From: Candidatus Latescibacterota bacterium
GTDB lineage: Bacteria; Eisenbacteria; RBG-16-71-46; SZUA-252
Assembly (NCBI GenBank): GCA_016207265.1
Contig: JACQPZ010000059.1
Span: forward strand, 1-26,965
DNA length: 26,965 nt
Direction of reading: 5' to 3'
Both the position numbers and the translations under genes were made by a program. Shown in pieces: positions 15,945-24,369 of the stretch; positions within the stretch are counted from its first letter, which is position 1; each line of letters begins with the position of its first letter. Under the pieces are notes generated by a model, which searched no databases, had not been told where the DNA came from, and was given only the letters and a program-made list of their open reading frames with translations.

Positions 15945-16426
15945 GGAGCCTTCGCGATCTTTTCGCGGAGCCTCGGCGCGACGTTGGGCGGCACGAACCC
16001 GTCGATCGCGCCGCCGTAGCGCGCGATCTCCTTCACCAACGAAGCGTTGAGGTAGGTGTAGGTCTCGCTCGGCATCAGGAACACCGTCTCGATCTCGTCC
16101 GAGAGGCGGCGGTTCATGAGGGCCATCTGAAACTCGTACTCGAAGTCGGAGACGAAGCGCAGCCCGCGCACGATCACTGGGATCTTCCGTTCGCGGGCGA
16201 AGTCGACGAGGAGCCCCGAGAAGGGCTCCACGTCCAGCCGTTCGAGGGACGCGGCGGCCTCGCGGATCATGGCGACCCGCTCCTCCTGGCTGAAGAGGAC
16301 CCCTTTCTCGGCGCGCTGCGCGACCGCGACGGTCAGCCGGTCGAACATGCGGAGCGCCCGCTGCATGAGATCCAGGTGCCCGTTCGTGACGGGATCGAAC
16401 GTCCCCGCGAACACCGCGCGCTTCAT
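15941..16426 (-). CDS. coaD: Pantetheine-phosphate adenylyltransferase
   Basis: AVFAGTFDPVTNGHLD, RGLR..SDFEYE.QMALMNR.L, ETVFL, SLVKEIA. Confidence 0.98.
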   Translation of the reverse strand: MKRAVFAGTFDPVTNGHLDLMQRALRMFDRLTVAVAQRAEKGVLFSQEERVAMIREAAASLERLDVEPFSGLLVDFARERKIPVIVRGLRFVSDFEYEFQMALMNRRLSDEIETVFLMPSETYTYLNASLVKEIARYGGAIDGFVPPNVAPRLREKIAKAP

Positions 16427-16448
16427 CGGCCTTCCCTCCGATTGAGCC

Positions 16449-17009
16449 TCACGCCGCCGGGGCGTGGTAGATCGCGACCGTCGTCTCCGAGTACGTCCGT
16501 TCGACCGCGAGGACGAGCGCGGGCGGCGTCTCCACGACGGTCCCCTTCCGCCGCTCGTACACGATGAGCCCCCCGCCGGCCGGCCATCCGATCCGCGACA
16601 GCCGCTCGAGCCAACGCGCCCCGGAAGGTCCCGTGTACGGCGGGTCCAGGAAGACGATGTCGAACGGTCCGGTCAGACTCCGAGGCAGCTCGAGCCGTGA
16701 CAGGTCTGCTTCGTGGACCCGCGACCGGTCCCCGAGATCCAAGCGCGCGAGATTCTCGCGCAGCACGCGCGCCGTGTGCCTCTGCTTCTCGACGAAGTCG
16801 GCGTGCCGGGCCCCCCGGCTCAGCGCTTCGATCCCCATGGCGCCCGACCCGGCGTAGAGGTCGAGGACCCGGGCGCAGGGCAGCCGCTTCGGGCCTAGCA
16901 TGTCGAAGACGGCCTCCCGAGGCCGCTCCGACGTGGGGCGGACTCCCCGATCGGGCACCCGGATCCGGCGCCCTCGGAGGGAACCCCCTACGATCCGGAC
17001 GAGCCCCAT
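16449..17009 (-). CDS. rsmD: 16S rRNA (guanine(966)-N2)-methyltransferase
   Basis: RIVGG..RGR, RPT.ER.RE.VF, VLDLYAGSGAMGIEALSRGA, FLDPPY; conserved rsmD-coaD pairing. Start ATG 17009 or 17030. Confidence 0.95.
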   Translation of the reverse strand: MGLVRIVGGSLRGRRIRVPDRGVRPTSERPREAVFDMLGPKRLPCARVLDLYAGSGAMGIEALSRGARHADFVEKQRHTARVLRENLARLDLGDRSRVHEADLSRLELPRSLTGPFDIVFLDPPYTGPSGARWLERLSRIGWPAGGGLIVYERRKGTVVETPPALVLAVERTYSETTVAIYHAPAA

Positions 17010-17623
17010 CGGGCGCGGTGCGTCTCCCATAGTGGCACGATCGCATCGGCGACCTCCTCGATCGTGCGATCACGTGTGTCGACCGCCACGTCCGCGGCCT
17101 CGGCATACGCCTGAGCCCTCGCCTCGAGCAGCGAGCCGAGCCTCTCCTCGAGCGGGCCCCCCCGAAGGAGCGGCCGCGCTTCGGCCCGGGCTGCGGAACG
17201 GGCGCCGGCTCCGCCCTCGGCTCCGGCGCGTCCAGTCTGCGCGCCCTTCCCGAGCCTGAGCGCCGCGACCGCCGGCTCGACCCGAAGCCACACGACCCAC
17301 GCGCGGCGTTTCAGGAGGTCGCGGTTCCGGGCGGAGCCGAGGACCCCGCCGCCACACGCGACCACACGTCCCGTGGGTCCGTCGCCCCCCGGCGACGCGT
17401 CGATATCCGGGCCGCCCGGGGCGAGGGCCACGGCGAGCGCGTGCGACTCGATCTCCCGAAAGGCCGCTTCGCCGCGCTCATCGAAGATCGCCGCGACCGC
17501 CGCTCCGCCGAGCCCCTCGATCTCCCGATCCAGATCCACGCACTCAAACCCCAGCCGCCCGGCGAGGAGCGGAGCGACCGCGCTCTTCCCCGCGCCCGAA
17601 AGGCCGATCAGGGCGACGTTCAA
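16988..17623 (-). CDS. aroK: Shikimate kinase
   Basis: Walker A GLSGAGKS, DLD..IE, IF...GE..FR..E, GGG, RPLL; the pilQ-aroK gene order is a known conserved arrangement. Confidence 0.92.
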   Translation of the reverse strand: MNVALIGLSGAGKSAVAPLLAGRLGFECVDLDREIEGLGGAAVAAIFDERGEAAFREIESHALAVALAPGGPDIDASPGGDGPTGRVVACGGGVLGSARNRDLLKRRAWVVWLRVEPAVAALRLGKGAQTGRAGAEGGAGARSAARAEARPLLRGGPLEERLGSLLEARAQAYAEAADVAVDTRDRTIEEVADAIVPLWETHRARWGSSGS

Positions 17624-17653
17624 GGCCCGGATCCCTCCCGATGCTCCCGATCC

Positions 17654-17688
17654 AAATGAAACGGGGCCCTTCGAGTGGAAGGGCCCCG
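17654..17688 (-). terminator. Intrinsic terminator after pilQ
   Basis: Perfect 11-bp stem CGGGGCCCTTC/GAAGGGCCCCG with a 5-nt loop (17662-17688), followed on the minus strand by TTTCATTT. Confidence 0.8.
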
Positions 17689-17689
17689 C

Positions 17690-17718
17690 AGTATACCCCG
17701 TGAGGCGCGCCCGGAAAA
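17690..17718 (-). promoter_or_regulatory. Putative sigma70 promoter for aroK and downstream genes
   Basis: TTTTCC-17 nt-TATACT; strong -10, weak -35. Confidence 0.45.
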
Positions 17719-17740
17719 GGAGCGCGCTTCGAGCGCGTCT

Positions 17741-19402
17741 CTAGCTCCTCGGACCGCCTGACTCGCCGAGGATCTTCGGCGTAACGAAGATCAGAAGCTC
17801 CCGCTTCTGCTTGGTGGTCGAGGTCGAGCGGAAGAGATTCCCGAGCAGCGGCAGGTCCATGAGGACCGGCACGCCGCGCTTCGTCGAGCTTTCGTTGCTG
17901 CGGATCAGGCCGCCGATCACCGCCGTCTCCCCGTCGTTCACCATCACGCGCGTATCGGCCATGGTCGTGTTGATGATGATTCCGCCCTGCACCGTCGCCT
18001 GGGACGCGAGGTCGGACACCTCCGGGTGAACGTCCATCGTGATCCGGTTTCCGGTGTTGATGTGCGGCGTGACGCTCAGCTTGATCCCGATGGTCGTGAG
18101 CTGCGTGACCGCGTTCCCGGCGAAGTCCTGCACGATGAGCGGGATCTGCTTTCCGACCACCACCGACGCCTCGCGGTTGTTCACGGTCGTGATGCGCGGA
18201 TTCGAGATGATGTTCGCCTTGTTCTGCGTCTCGAGCGCGAGGAGCCGGGCGTCGAGCGTGCCGAACGCCTTGATCGTCCCCAGCTTGAAGGTCCCGGCCG
18301 GGTTGGTCACGTCCGCCGCGTTCACGTCGAGGTTCTCGGAGACGCCCGCGTCGAACACGTCGAGATTGTGAAGGCCCCACTCAATGCCGAGGTCGCGCGT
18401 GGAGGAGGCGTCGACGTCCACGAGTCTCGCCACGATCTCAACCTGGGGCGTCTTCGTATCCAGGTTCCGGACCATGGCCTCGACCTGGTCCAACCGGTCG
18501 TCGATGTCGGTCACGATGAGCGAGTTCGAGCGCTCGTCCACCTCGACGTGGCCCCGCTTCGACATCGTCTTCTCCACCGAGCGCGCCATTTCCTTCGAGT
18601 TCGCGTAGTTCACCGGGAGAATCCGGGTCGAGAGCGGAAGCAGCTCTTCCTGCGTGCGTTCCGCCGTCCGGCGCTCCATCTCCTCCTTGCGCAGCGTCTC
18701 CAGATTCGAGACGACGATCGTCTGGCCGCTCTCCACCATTCCAAGGCTCTGCGACTTCAGCACGATGTCGAGCGCATGGCGCCACGGCACGTTCCGGAGC
18801 CGGAGCGTGACCTCGCCCTTCACTTCCTTGCTCGCGACGATGTTCTTGCCGCTGAACTCGGAGAGGCTCCGCAGCACGGTCTGGATTTCGGCTCCCTGGA
18901 CGTCCAAGGACATCCGCCGTCCGTCCGCCGAGGGCGCCGGCTCAGCGCCGGCGGGAGGCGCTTCCCGCTCCTTGGAGGGTTGCGAGGGCGCTTCCACCGC
19001 CAGCACGAGGTTGTTCCCCACGCTGCTCAACGCGTACGAGGCCGGCTGTGTGAGGTCCACGACGATGCGGGCGCCGGCTTCCTTCCCCCAGCCCATCTCG
19101 CTCGCGCGGACGTTTCTCACGGCCGTGCCGTCGCGGCCCGACCAGGCCCGCTCGGTGAACGCGAGCTGCGACCCGGGACAGTCGACCACGATTCGATCCG
19201 GCGATTCGAGCGTGAAGTCGTGGTAATTCAACGGAGCGTCCGCCTCGATGATGACCTGCGTCGCGGAACCCGCTTCCTTCATCTGGACGCCCTTGACGGT
19301 TGCCGCGAGCGTCGGAGACGCGGCCACGAGGAGGCCCGCGACCAACGCGGCGATCCGGCCGCCCGAGCGGCCCGTGCGCGCGAAGCTAGTTTCGAGTCGC
19401 AT
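17741..19402 (-). CDS. pilQ: Type IV pilus secretin PilQ with AMIN domain
   Basis: AMIN (FTLESPDRIVVD), N0 (MSLDVQGAEI..VLR.L, VTLRL.NVPW..ALD), N domain (VDERSNSLIV.D), secretin (QVEIVAR, ANIISNP, V.DGET.VIGG, VP.L.D.P.LG.LFR, ELLIFVTPKI). ATG 19402 has a GAGGG SD. Confidence 0.96.
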   Translation of the reverse strand: MRLETSFARTGRSGGRIAALVAGLLVAASPTLAATVKGVQMKEAGSATQVIIEADAPLNYHDFTLESPDRIVVDCPGSQLAFTERAWSGRDGTAVRNVRASEMGWGKEAGARIVVDLTQPASYALSSVGNNLVLAVEAPSQPSKEREAPPAGAEPAPSADGRRMSLDVQGAEIQTVLRSLSEFSGKNIVASKEVKGEVTLRLRNVPWRHALDIVLKSQSLGMVESGQTIVVSNLETLRKEEMERRTAERTQEELLPLSTRILPVNYANSKEMARSVEKTMSKRGHVEVDERSNSLIVTDIDDRLDQVEAMVRNLDTKTPQVEIVARLVDVDASSTRDLGIEWGLHNLDVFDAGVSENLDVNAADVTNPAGTFKLGTIKAFGTLDARLLALETQNKANIISNPRITTVNNREASVVVGKQIPLIVQDFAGNAVTQLTTIGIKLSVTPHINTGNRITMDVHPEVSDLASQATVQGGIIINTTMADTRVMVNDGETAVIGGLIRSNESSTKRGVPVLMDLPLLGNLFRSTSTTKQKRELLIFVTPKILGESGGPRS

Positions 19403-20336
19403 TCTTGTCACCCTCTTTGGTTTGCAGGTGGATCGACAGCGTCTGGGATTCGCCGAACGCGTTCTGCACGACCTGCAGCTCGCTCTTGCCGATGCCCGAG
19501 ATGTACCCGTTCACGACCGGGTCCCCGACGCGAAGCACGTAGCCGTGTCCGCGGCTGTCTTCCACCAGCGCGAACTTATCCGAGGAGCCCCACATGATGC
19601 CCACGAGGTGGATGTCCCCCACGTCCACGAGGGACCCGTCCCCCGTCAGGGTCTGATACTTCCCTTCGATCAACGATTGATACGGGTCCCGACGGCCGCC
19701 CGCGGTGTAGTTGTAGTGCTCGCGCGCGAAGAGAACGCTCGCGTCGACCGACTTCGGAATCTCTCCCGACGCCGCGGTCGGAGCGGGAATCGCGGGCGCG
19801 GGCGCCTGCGCGGGCGCCTGCGCGGCCGCCGCGGCCGGGGCCTGCGCGGCCACAGCCGGCGCGGGAGGGGGAGTCGCGGGCACGACGGTCGCGACCGGAA
19901 CCGGCACGGCCGGAGCGGGCACCGCGGTTGCAACCGGAACGGGCAGGGCCGGAGCCGGAGTCACCGGCGCGCCTGGAACGGCCACGGCCGGACCCGGAGG
20001 ATTCGCGATCGAGGCCTGCGCAGGCGCCGCCGGCGGCGGAGGCGGCACGTGAATCGCGAGTTCCGGCGGGATGCTCGGACCGTACTGGATGTCCGTTCTG
20101 GCCCAGACCGGCGCGGGCGGCCCATAATAGACGGGCTTGGGCAGGGCGCTCGGCCGAGGCAGCGCCTGGGCCGCGGGCGAAGTCGCAGGCGTCGGCATGA
20201 CCGGGGCCTTCGGCTCCCGCCGCATCAAGAAGACGCCGGCCACGATCGCGAGGCCGACCAGGGCGAGAAGCAGGATCCCGAGCCGACTTTGAAAGAACTT
20301 ACTTTGCGACAGGGCCAGACTGCTTGGCAGGTTCAT
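19386..20336 (-). CDS. PilP-like type IV pilus assembly protein with a long Pro/Ala-rich linker
   Basis: Lies between pilO and pilQ; C-terminal RRDPYQS...LVGIMW...ALVED..G.GYVLRVGD..G.I..I matches PilP-type domains. Confidence 0.8.
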   Translation of the reverse strand: MNLPSSLALSQSKFFQSRLGILLLALVGLAIVAGVFLMRREPKAPVMPTPATSPAAQALPRPSALPKPVYYGPPAPVWARTDIQYGPSIPPELAIHVPPPPPAAPAQASIANPPGPAVAVPGAPVTPAPALPVPVATAVPAPAVPVPVATVVPATPPPAPAVAAQAPAAAAAQAPAQAPAPAIPAPTAASGEIPKSVDASVLFAREHYNYTAGGRRDPYQSLIEGKYQTLTGDGSLVDVGDIHLVGIMWGSSDKFALVEDSRGHGYVLRVGDPVVNGYISGIGKSELQVVQNAFGESQTLSIHLQTKEGDKNATRN

Positions 20337-20907
20337 TGGAAGTCCCCTCGGCCAACGTGTACGCGGTCGCTACGAAATCGGCCTGCACGGTCTCGTCCAG
20401 GTCGCCCTTGTCGAATCCCTTCAGCTTGAGCTGCGAGACGTTCACGAGGCGGCTCAGGTCGGAGATCTCGCCCAGGAACGACCCGGCGCGGTGATAGCCG
20501 CCGGTGACCGTCACCTGGACCGGGTTCTCCGTGAAGTAGGTGGCCGCCTTCGGATCCCCGGGCTTGAACAGGAGGAAGTGCACCCCCGATTCCTGCCCCG
20601 CGATCGTGATCTTCCGTAGAAGGCTCGCGACCTCCTTCTGCGTCGGCAGAAGCTCCTGGGCCACGGCCCAGCGCTGGTTCAGGAGCTCGAACTCCTTCTT
20701 GAGCTCCGGCAGGCGGTTCACGAGCTGCTGCGCCTTCGTCAGCTCGTTCATCTTCTGGGTGTACGTCTCCTTGAGCTTGCCGATCTCCGACGCCCGCGCC
20801 CGATAGTTGAAGGGCACGTAATCCGCGATGACGTAGAAGTAGACGAGCGCGCCGATCCCCGCTCCGATCAGAATCAGCTTCTGGGTTTTCGGATCCTTGA
20901 GGTCCAT
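20299..20907 (-). CDS. pilO: Type IV pilus assembly protein PilO
   Basis: N-terminal TM, coiled coil, LP.QKEV.SLL..I...G, V.V.G.YH..G.FL..I..L.RLVNV. Confidence 0.92.
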   Translation of the reverse strand: MDLKDPKTQKLILIGAGIGALVYFYVIADYVPFNYRARASEIGKLKETYTQKMNELTKAQQLVNRLPELKKEFELLNQRWAVAQELLPTQKEVASLLRKITIAGQESGVHFLLFKPGDPKAATYFTENPVQVTVTGGYHRAGSFLGEISDLSRLVNVSQLKLKGFDKGDLDETVQADFVATAYTLAEGTSNEPAKQSGPVAK

Positions 20908-20932
20908 CTTCCTCCCCCGCGCGCCGCGCTTC

Positions 20933-21481
20933 CTACAAGGTCATCAACGCGGTGACCTTGAACTTCACCACGTTGCGCTGATCGATGGTCCCTTTCTCCG
21001 CCACCAGCAGATCGACGGTCCCGAAGAGAGCACTCGACTCGAGACGCGTCATGAAATCGGCGACCAGCAGATTGGAGAACGTCACGCCCTCGATCTGCAC
21101 CTTGTTGCCGGTCTCCTCGTAGGTCGTCAGCCAGAGATGCTCGGGCACGCACCGCGACAGCTCGTCCACGAGCTTCACGCGGTGAAGCCTCCCCTTGTCG
21201 AGGTCCGCGATGACGGTCAGGCGGTGCTGGAGCTCCTCCCGCTTCTGAGTCAGCTCCTGGATCGTCTGGATCTGCGGCCTGAGCTTCTCCGCCTCCTGCT
21301 CCGCCCGCGCGATGTCGGTCTTCAGCCGCCCGATCTGGAGCGCCTGGAACACCGAGATCGCGGCGAAGAGCGCGACGACCAAAAGGAGCACCAGGACCGG
21401 CATCAACGTGCCGATCTTCGGCAGCTGGATGCTCCGGTGCGCCTGGCGTTCTTCCCGGGGCAGCAGATTGATGCGGATCAT
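20933..21481 (-). CDS. pilN: Type IV pilus assembly protein PilN
   Basis: MIRINLLP motif, TM, coiled coil, L...VP..LWL, V.I.G...SN..VA.FM..LE.S. Confidence 0.95.
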   Translation of the reverse strand: MIRINLLPREERQAHRSIQLPKIGTLMPVLVLLLVVALFAAISVFQALQIGRLKTDIARAEQEAEKLRPQIQTIQELTQKREELQHRLTVIADLDKGRLHRVKLVDELSRCVPEHLWLTTYEETGNKVQIEGVTFSNLLVADFMTRLESSALFGTVDLLVAEKGTIDQRNVVKFKVTALMTL

Positions 21482-21489
21482 GGGTCCCC

Positions 21490-22518
21490 CTATCGCAGCG
21501 CGAGGCCGATGGCGACGGTGAGCACGGGGGCGACGATCTCCGGCGCGTCGCCGTCGAAAATGCCCGGGTCATAGCTCAGCTTCTGGAGCGGATTCACGAC
21601 CTCCACGGGCACCTGATGCCGCGTGTTCAGGAACTCCTTGAGCCCCGGAACGCGCGCCGACCCACCCGAGAGTAGGATCCGGTCCACCTTCTCGGCGTCG
21701 CCCGACGAACGCAGGTAGGCGATCGCGCGGTCGAGCTGCACCGAGAGGTCCTCGCACGCGGTCTGGATGATGGGCGCGACGTCGATGCCCGAATCACCGC
21801 GGCCGCGCAGCGCGTTCAGCGCGTCCGCCTGGCTCACGTTGTGCCGGCGCTGAATCCCCTCGACGAACGCGTTCGATCCCACGGAGAGATCCTTCGTGAA
21901 ATGCGGTACCTGGTTCTCGACGATGTTCACGTTCGTGATCTCGGCCCCGATGTTCACGAGCGCGACGACCTCCTCCGGCTTGAGGTCGTAGTTCGCCTCG
22001 ACGGCGTTCTGGATGGCGAAGGAGTCGACGTCGATGATGGAGGGGCTGAGTCCCGCCTCGCGGATGATGTCCGCATGGTTCTGGATCATCTCCTTCTTCG
22101 CCGCGACCAGGAGCACCTGCATCTTCTTCTGGTCCACGTTCGGATCGATGATCTGGAAGTCGAGCGAGACGTCGTTGATGTCGTAGGGGACGTGCTGCTC
22201 GGCCTCCCACTGGATCGCTTCCTTGGCGTCCTCCTCGCTGAGCCGGTCCATGAGGATCTTCTTCACGATGACCGCGCGGCCGGACACGGCCGTCGCGACG
22301 ACCCGGTTCTTGATCTGCCGGGATTCCATGAGATTGGCGATGGCCTCGTGGACGAGCTGCCGGTCCATGATCTCGCCGTCCACGATGGCTTCCGAGAGAG
22401 GCTCGGAAATGCCGAAGTTGACGAGGTGGTCCCCGGAGCGGTCATGGGCGATCTCGACGACCTTGATCGAGCTGGAGCCGATGTCGAGCCCTACCGTGCT
22501 CTTCTTCTTCCCGAACAT
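21490..22518 (-). CDS. pilM: Type IV pilus assembly ATPase-fold protein PilM
   Basis: VGLDIGSSSIKVVE, AVSG..VIVK.I, EAEQHVPY, LLVAAK, IIDVD.FA, VNIGA, LSGG, AIGLALR. ATG 22518 has a GGAG SD; the track start 22551 is probably too long. Confidence 0.96.
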   Translation of the reverse strand: MFGKKKSTVGLDIGSSSIKVVEIAHDRSGDHLVNFGISEPLSEAIVDGEIMDRQLVHEAIANLMESRQIKNRVVATAVSGRAVIVKKILMDRLSEEDAKEAIQWEAEQHVPYDINDVSLDFQIIDPNVDQKKMQVLLVAAKKEMIQNHADIIREAGLSPSIIDVDSFAIQNAVEANYDLKPEEVVALVNIGAEITNVNIVENQVPHFTKDLSVGSNAFVEGIQRRHNVSQADALNALRGRGDSGIDVAPIIQTACEDLSVQLDRAIAYLRSSGDAEKVDRILLSGGSARVPGLKEFLNTRHQVPVEVVNPLQKLSYDPGIFDGDAPEIVAPVLTVAIGLALR

Positions 22519-22589
22519 GATCTGCTCCGTGTGTTGGAGGGAATCGCGCACCGCAAACCCGACCGCAGCGGTCCGCCTCGCCCGATTCG

Positions 22590-22605
22590 AGCAATTTCCA
22601 TGCCA
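22590..22605 (-). promoter_or_regulatory. sigma54 (RpoN) -24/-12 promoter for pilMNOPQ
   Basis: Minus strand TGGCATGGAAATTGCT: GG-N10-GC, near the consensus TGGCAC-N5-TTGCW. Confidence 0.85.
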
Positions 22606-22624
22606 TGCATAGCCGCCATCGCAA

Positions 22625-22653
22625 CGTAAGTCTATTTCACTTAACGGCTTACG
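22625..22653. promoter_or_regulatory. AT-rich dyad, IHF-like site upstream of the sigma54 promoter
   Basis: CGTAAG-N17-CTTACG inverted repeat at about -45 to -73; contains TAA-N4-TTAAGT, resembling the IHF consensus YAA-N4-TTGATW. Confidence 0.5.
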
Positions 22654-22803
22654 CTACCGGGTTCCCGCCGACGCGGAATGCGATCCGAGTTCGGGGACCC
22701 ATTGCATCCCGCACGACCGGCTGCCACCGAGCCGTCGCTCACGCCGCCGGATGAATCCGGACCGCGCTTCCGAGCGCGGCCTTGGCCCGCGACTTGCGCG
22801 ACA

Positions 22804-22833
22804 TTGACCCGCCGCGAGGCGCTTTGTTACGGT
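22804..22833 (+). promoter_or_regulatory. Putative sigma70 promoter for the GT-C pair (possibly leaderless transcript)
   Basis: TTGACC-18 nt-TACGGT with extended -10 TG; ATG at 22840, after a 6-nt gap from the -10. Confidence 0.6.
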
Positions 22834-22839
22834 GCGCCC

Positions 22840-24369
22840 ATGCATCGAAGCGTCCAGGGCGCCGCCTGGGTCGCCGCCCTCGCAGCGCTCTGGGCCTACG
22901 CCTTGACGCTCTCGCCCACGGTCGCCTGGGTGAACCTGGGCGAGGACTCCGGCGATCTGCTCGCCGCCGCGGCTACCCTCGGCATCCCCCACCCCACCGG
23001 CTATCCCCTGTTCGTTCTTCTCGGGCGGCTCGCCACGTTCCTGCCGGTCGGGAGCGTCGCGTTCCGGATCAACCTGGTCTCGGCGATCGCCGGGGCCGCC
23101 GGCGTCTACTTCCTCGCGCGTCTCGCGCTCGCGCTCGCGAAGGACGAGCGTCCCGGACCGGGCGCCGCCTTCTGCTCCCTGGCAGCCGCGCTTCTCTACG
23201 CATTCTCCCGAGGCGCGTGGAGCCAGAGCGTTCTGGCCGAGGTCTACACGCTCAACGTCGCGTTCCTGGGCGCAATCTTGCTGTCGCTCGCACGGGCCGA
23301 GGAGGGCGGGCGCGTCCGCTTCCTCCTGCTCGCCGCCTACCTCTGGGGCCTGGGGCTCACGAATCACCTGCTCCTGCTCGCGGCGGGCCCGGCCCTGGTC
23401 GTCTCGACCTGGCGAATGCTCCGTGCCGGAATCATCGGCCTCAGGACGGCCGTTCTTTTGCCGGTTCTTTCGTTCTGGGGGCTGACCCTGGATCTCTTCT
23501 TGCCGATCCGGGCGGCGCTGAACCCCGAGTTTTCGTGGGGGGCTCCGGCAACGCCCGAGCAGCTCGGCTGGCTGCTGACCGGCGCCCAGTACGCGCGCAA
23601 CTTCTTCGGGCGGGATTTCCCGGATGCGATCCGGCACCTCGCGCCGGGACGGTGGGGGGTCGATTTCGGGTGGGGGCTCCCCGCGCTCCTGATCGGCGCG
23701 GCCGCGGCCCTATGGCTCCGCACGGGGCGATCCACCGCCACGTGGACCGCGCTCGCGGCGTCCCTCGTGCTCCTCTCGCTCTACGCGATCGGAGACGACG
23801 TCGGGTACTGGATGCCGGCGGCGTTTCTCGCCACGGCGCTCGCGGGCGCGGGATGGGCCTCCCTCTGGGGCGTGACCCGGTGGCGGTATCCGACCAGGGT
23901 GGCGGCTCTGGCGCTGCTCGCAGGCGGGGCGCTCCTCGGATTCGCGCGGCATTACGGTATGGTCGACGCGTCGAAGGACCTCACCCCGTATCTCTACGCG
24001 AAGAACAACCTGTCCGCGGTCGATCCGAATGCCCTGATCATCAGCGAGTACGACGGGCGGACGTTCGCGCTCTGGTTCTACAAGGCGACGGACTTTCGAG
24101 ACAGCCATCGGAACCTCGTCGTGGCGTACAAGTACCTGCTCGTATGGCCGTGGTACCTCCACCATCTGGCGCGCCATTACCCCACGCTCGCGGTCCCCGG
24201 GTACCCGGGAGATCTGGATCTGATGATGAACCGCCTCATCGCGCGGAACATCCGCAAGCGGCCGGTCTATCTGACCCGGGATGATCCGGGCTTGGTACCG
24301 CTCTTTCGTACGGAGCGCGTCGGGGATCCGCGCCTCCCGCTCTACCGGGTCCGGGAGGCCGGCTCGTGA
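22840..24369 (+). CDS. DUF2723 / TMEM260-like GT-C membrane glycosyltransferase
   Basis: TL.PTV...DSGDL..AAA.LGIPHPTGYPLF.LLGR, WSQS..AEVY.LN, L..NH, W..L.G.QY; many TM segments. Confidence 0.85.
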   Translation: MHRSVQGAAWVAALAALWAYALTLSPTVAWVNLGEDSGDLLAAAATLGIPHPTGYPLFVLLGRLATFLPVGSVAFRINLVSAIAGAAGVYFLARLALALAKDERPGPGAAFCSLAAALLYAFSRGAWSQSVLAEVYTLNVAFLGAILLSLARAEEGGRVRFLLLAAYLWGLGLTNHLLLLAAGPALVVSTWRMLRAGIIGLRTAVLLPVLSFWGLTLDLFLPIRAALNPEFSWGAPATPEQLGWLLTGAQYARNFFGRDFPDAIRHLAPGRWGVDFGWGLPALLIGAAAALWLRTGRSTATWTALAASLVLLSLYAIGDDVGYWMPAAFLATALAGAGWASLWGVTRWRYPTRVAALALLAGGALLGFARHYGMVDASKDLTPYLYAKNNLSAVDPNALIISEYDGRTFALWFYKATDFRDSHRNLVVAYKYLLVWPWYLHHLARHYPTLAVPGYPGDLDLMMNRLIARNIRKRPVYLTRDDPGLVPLFRTERVGDPRLPLYRVREAGS

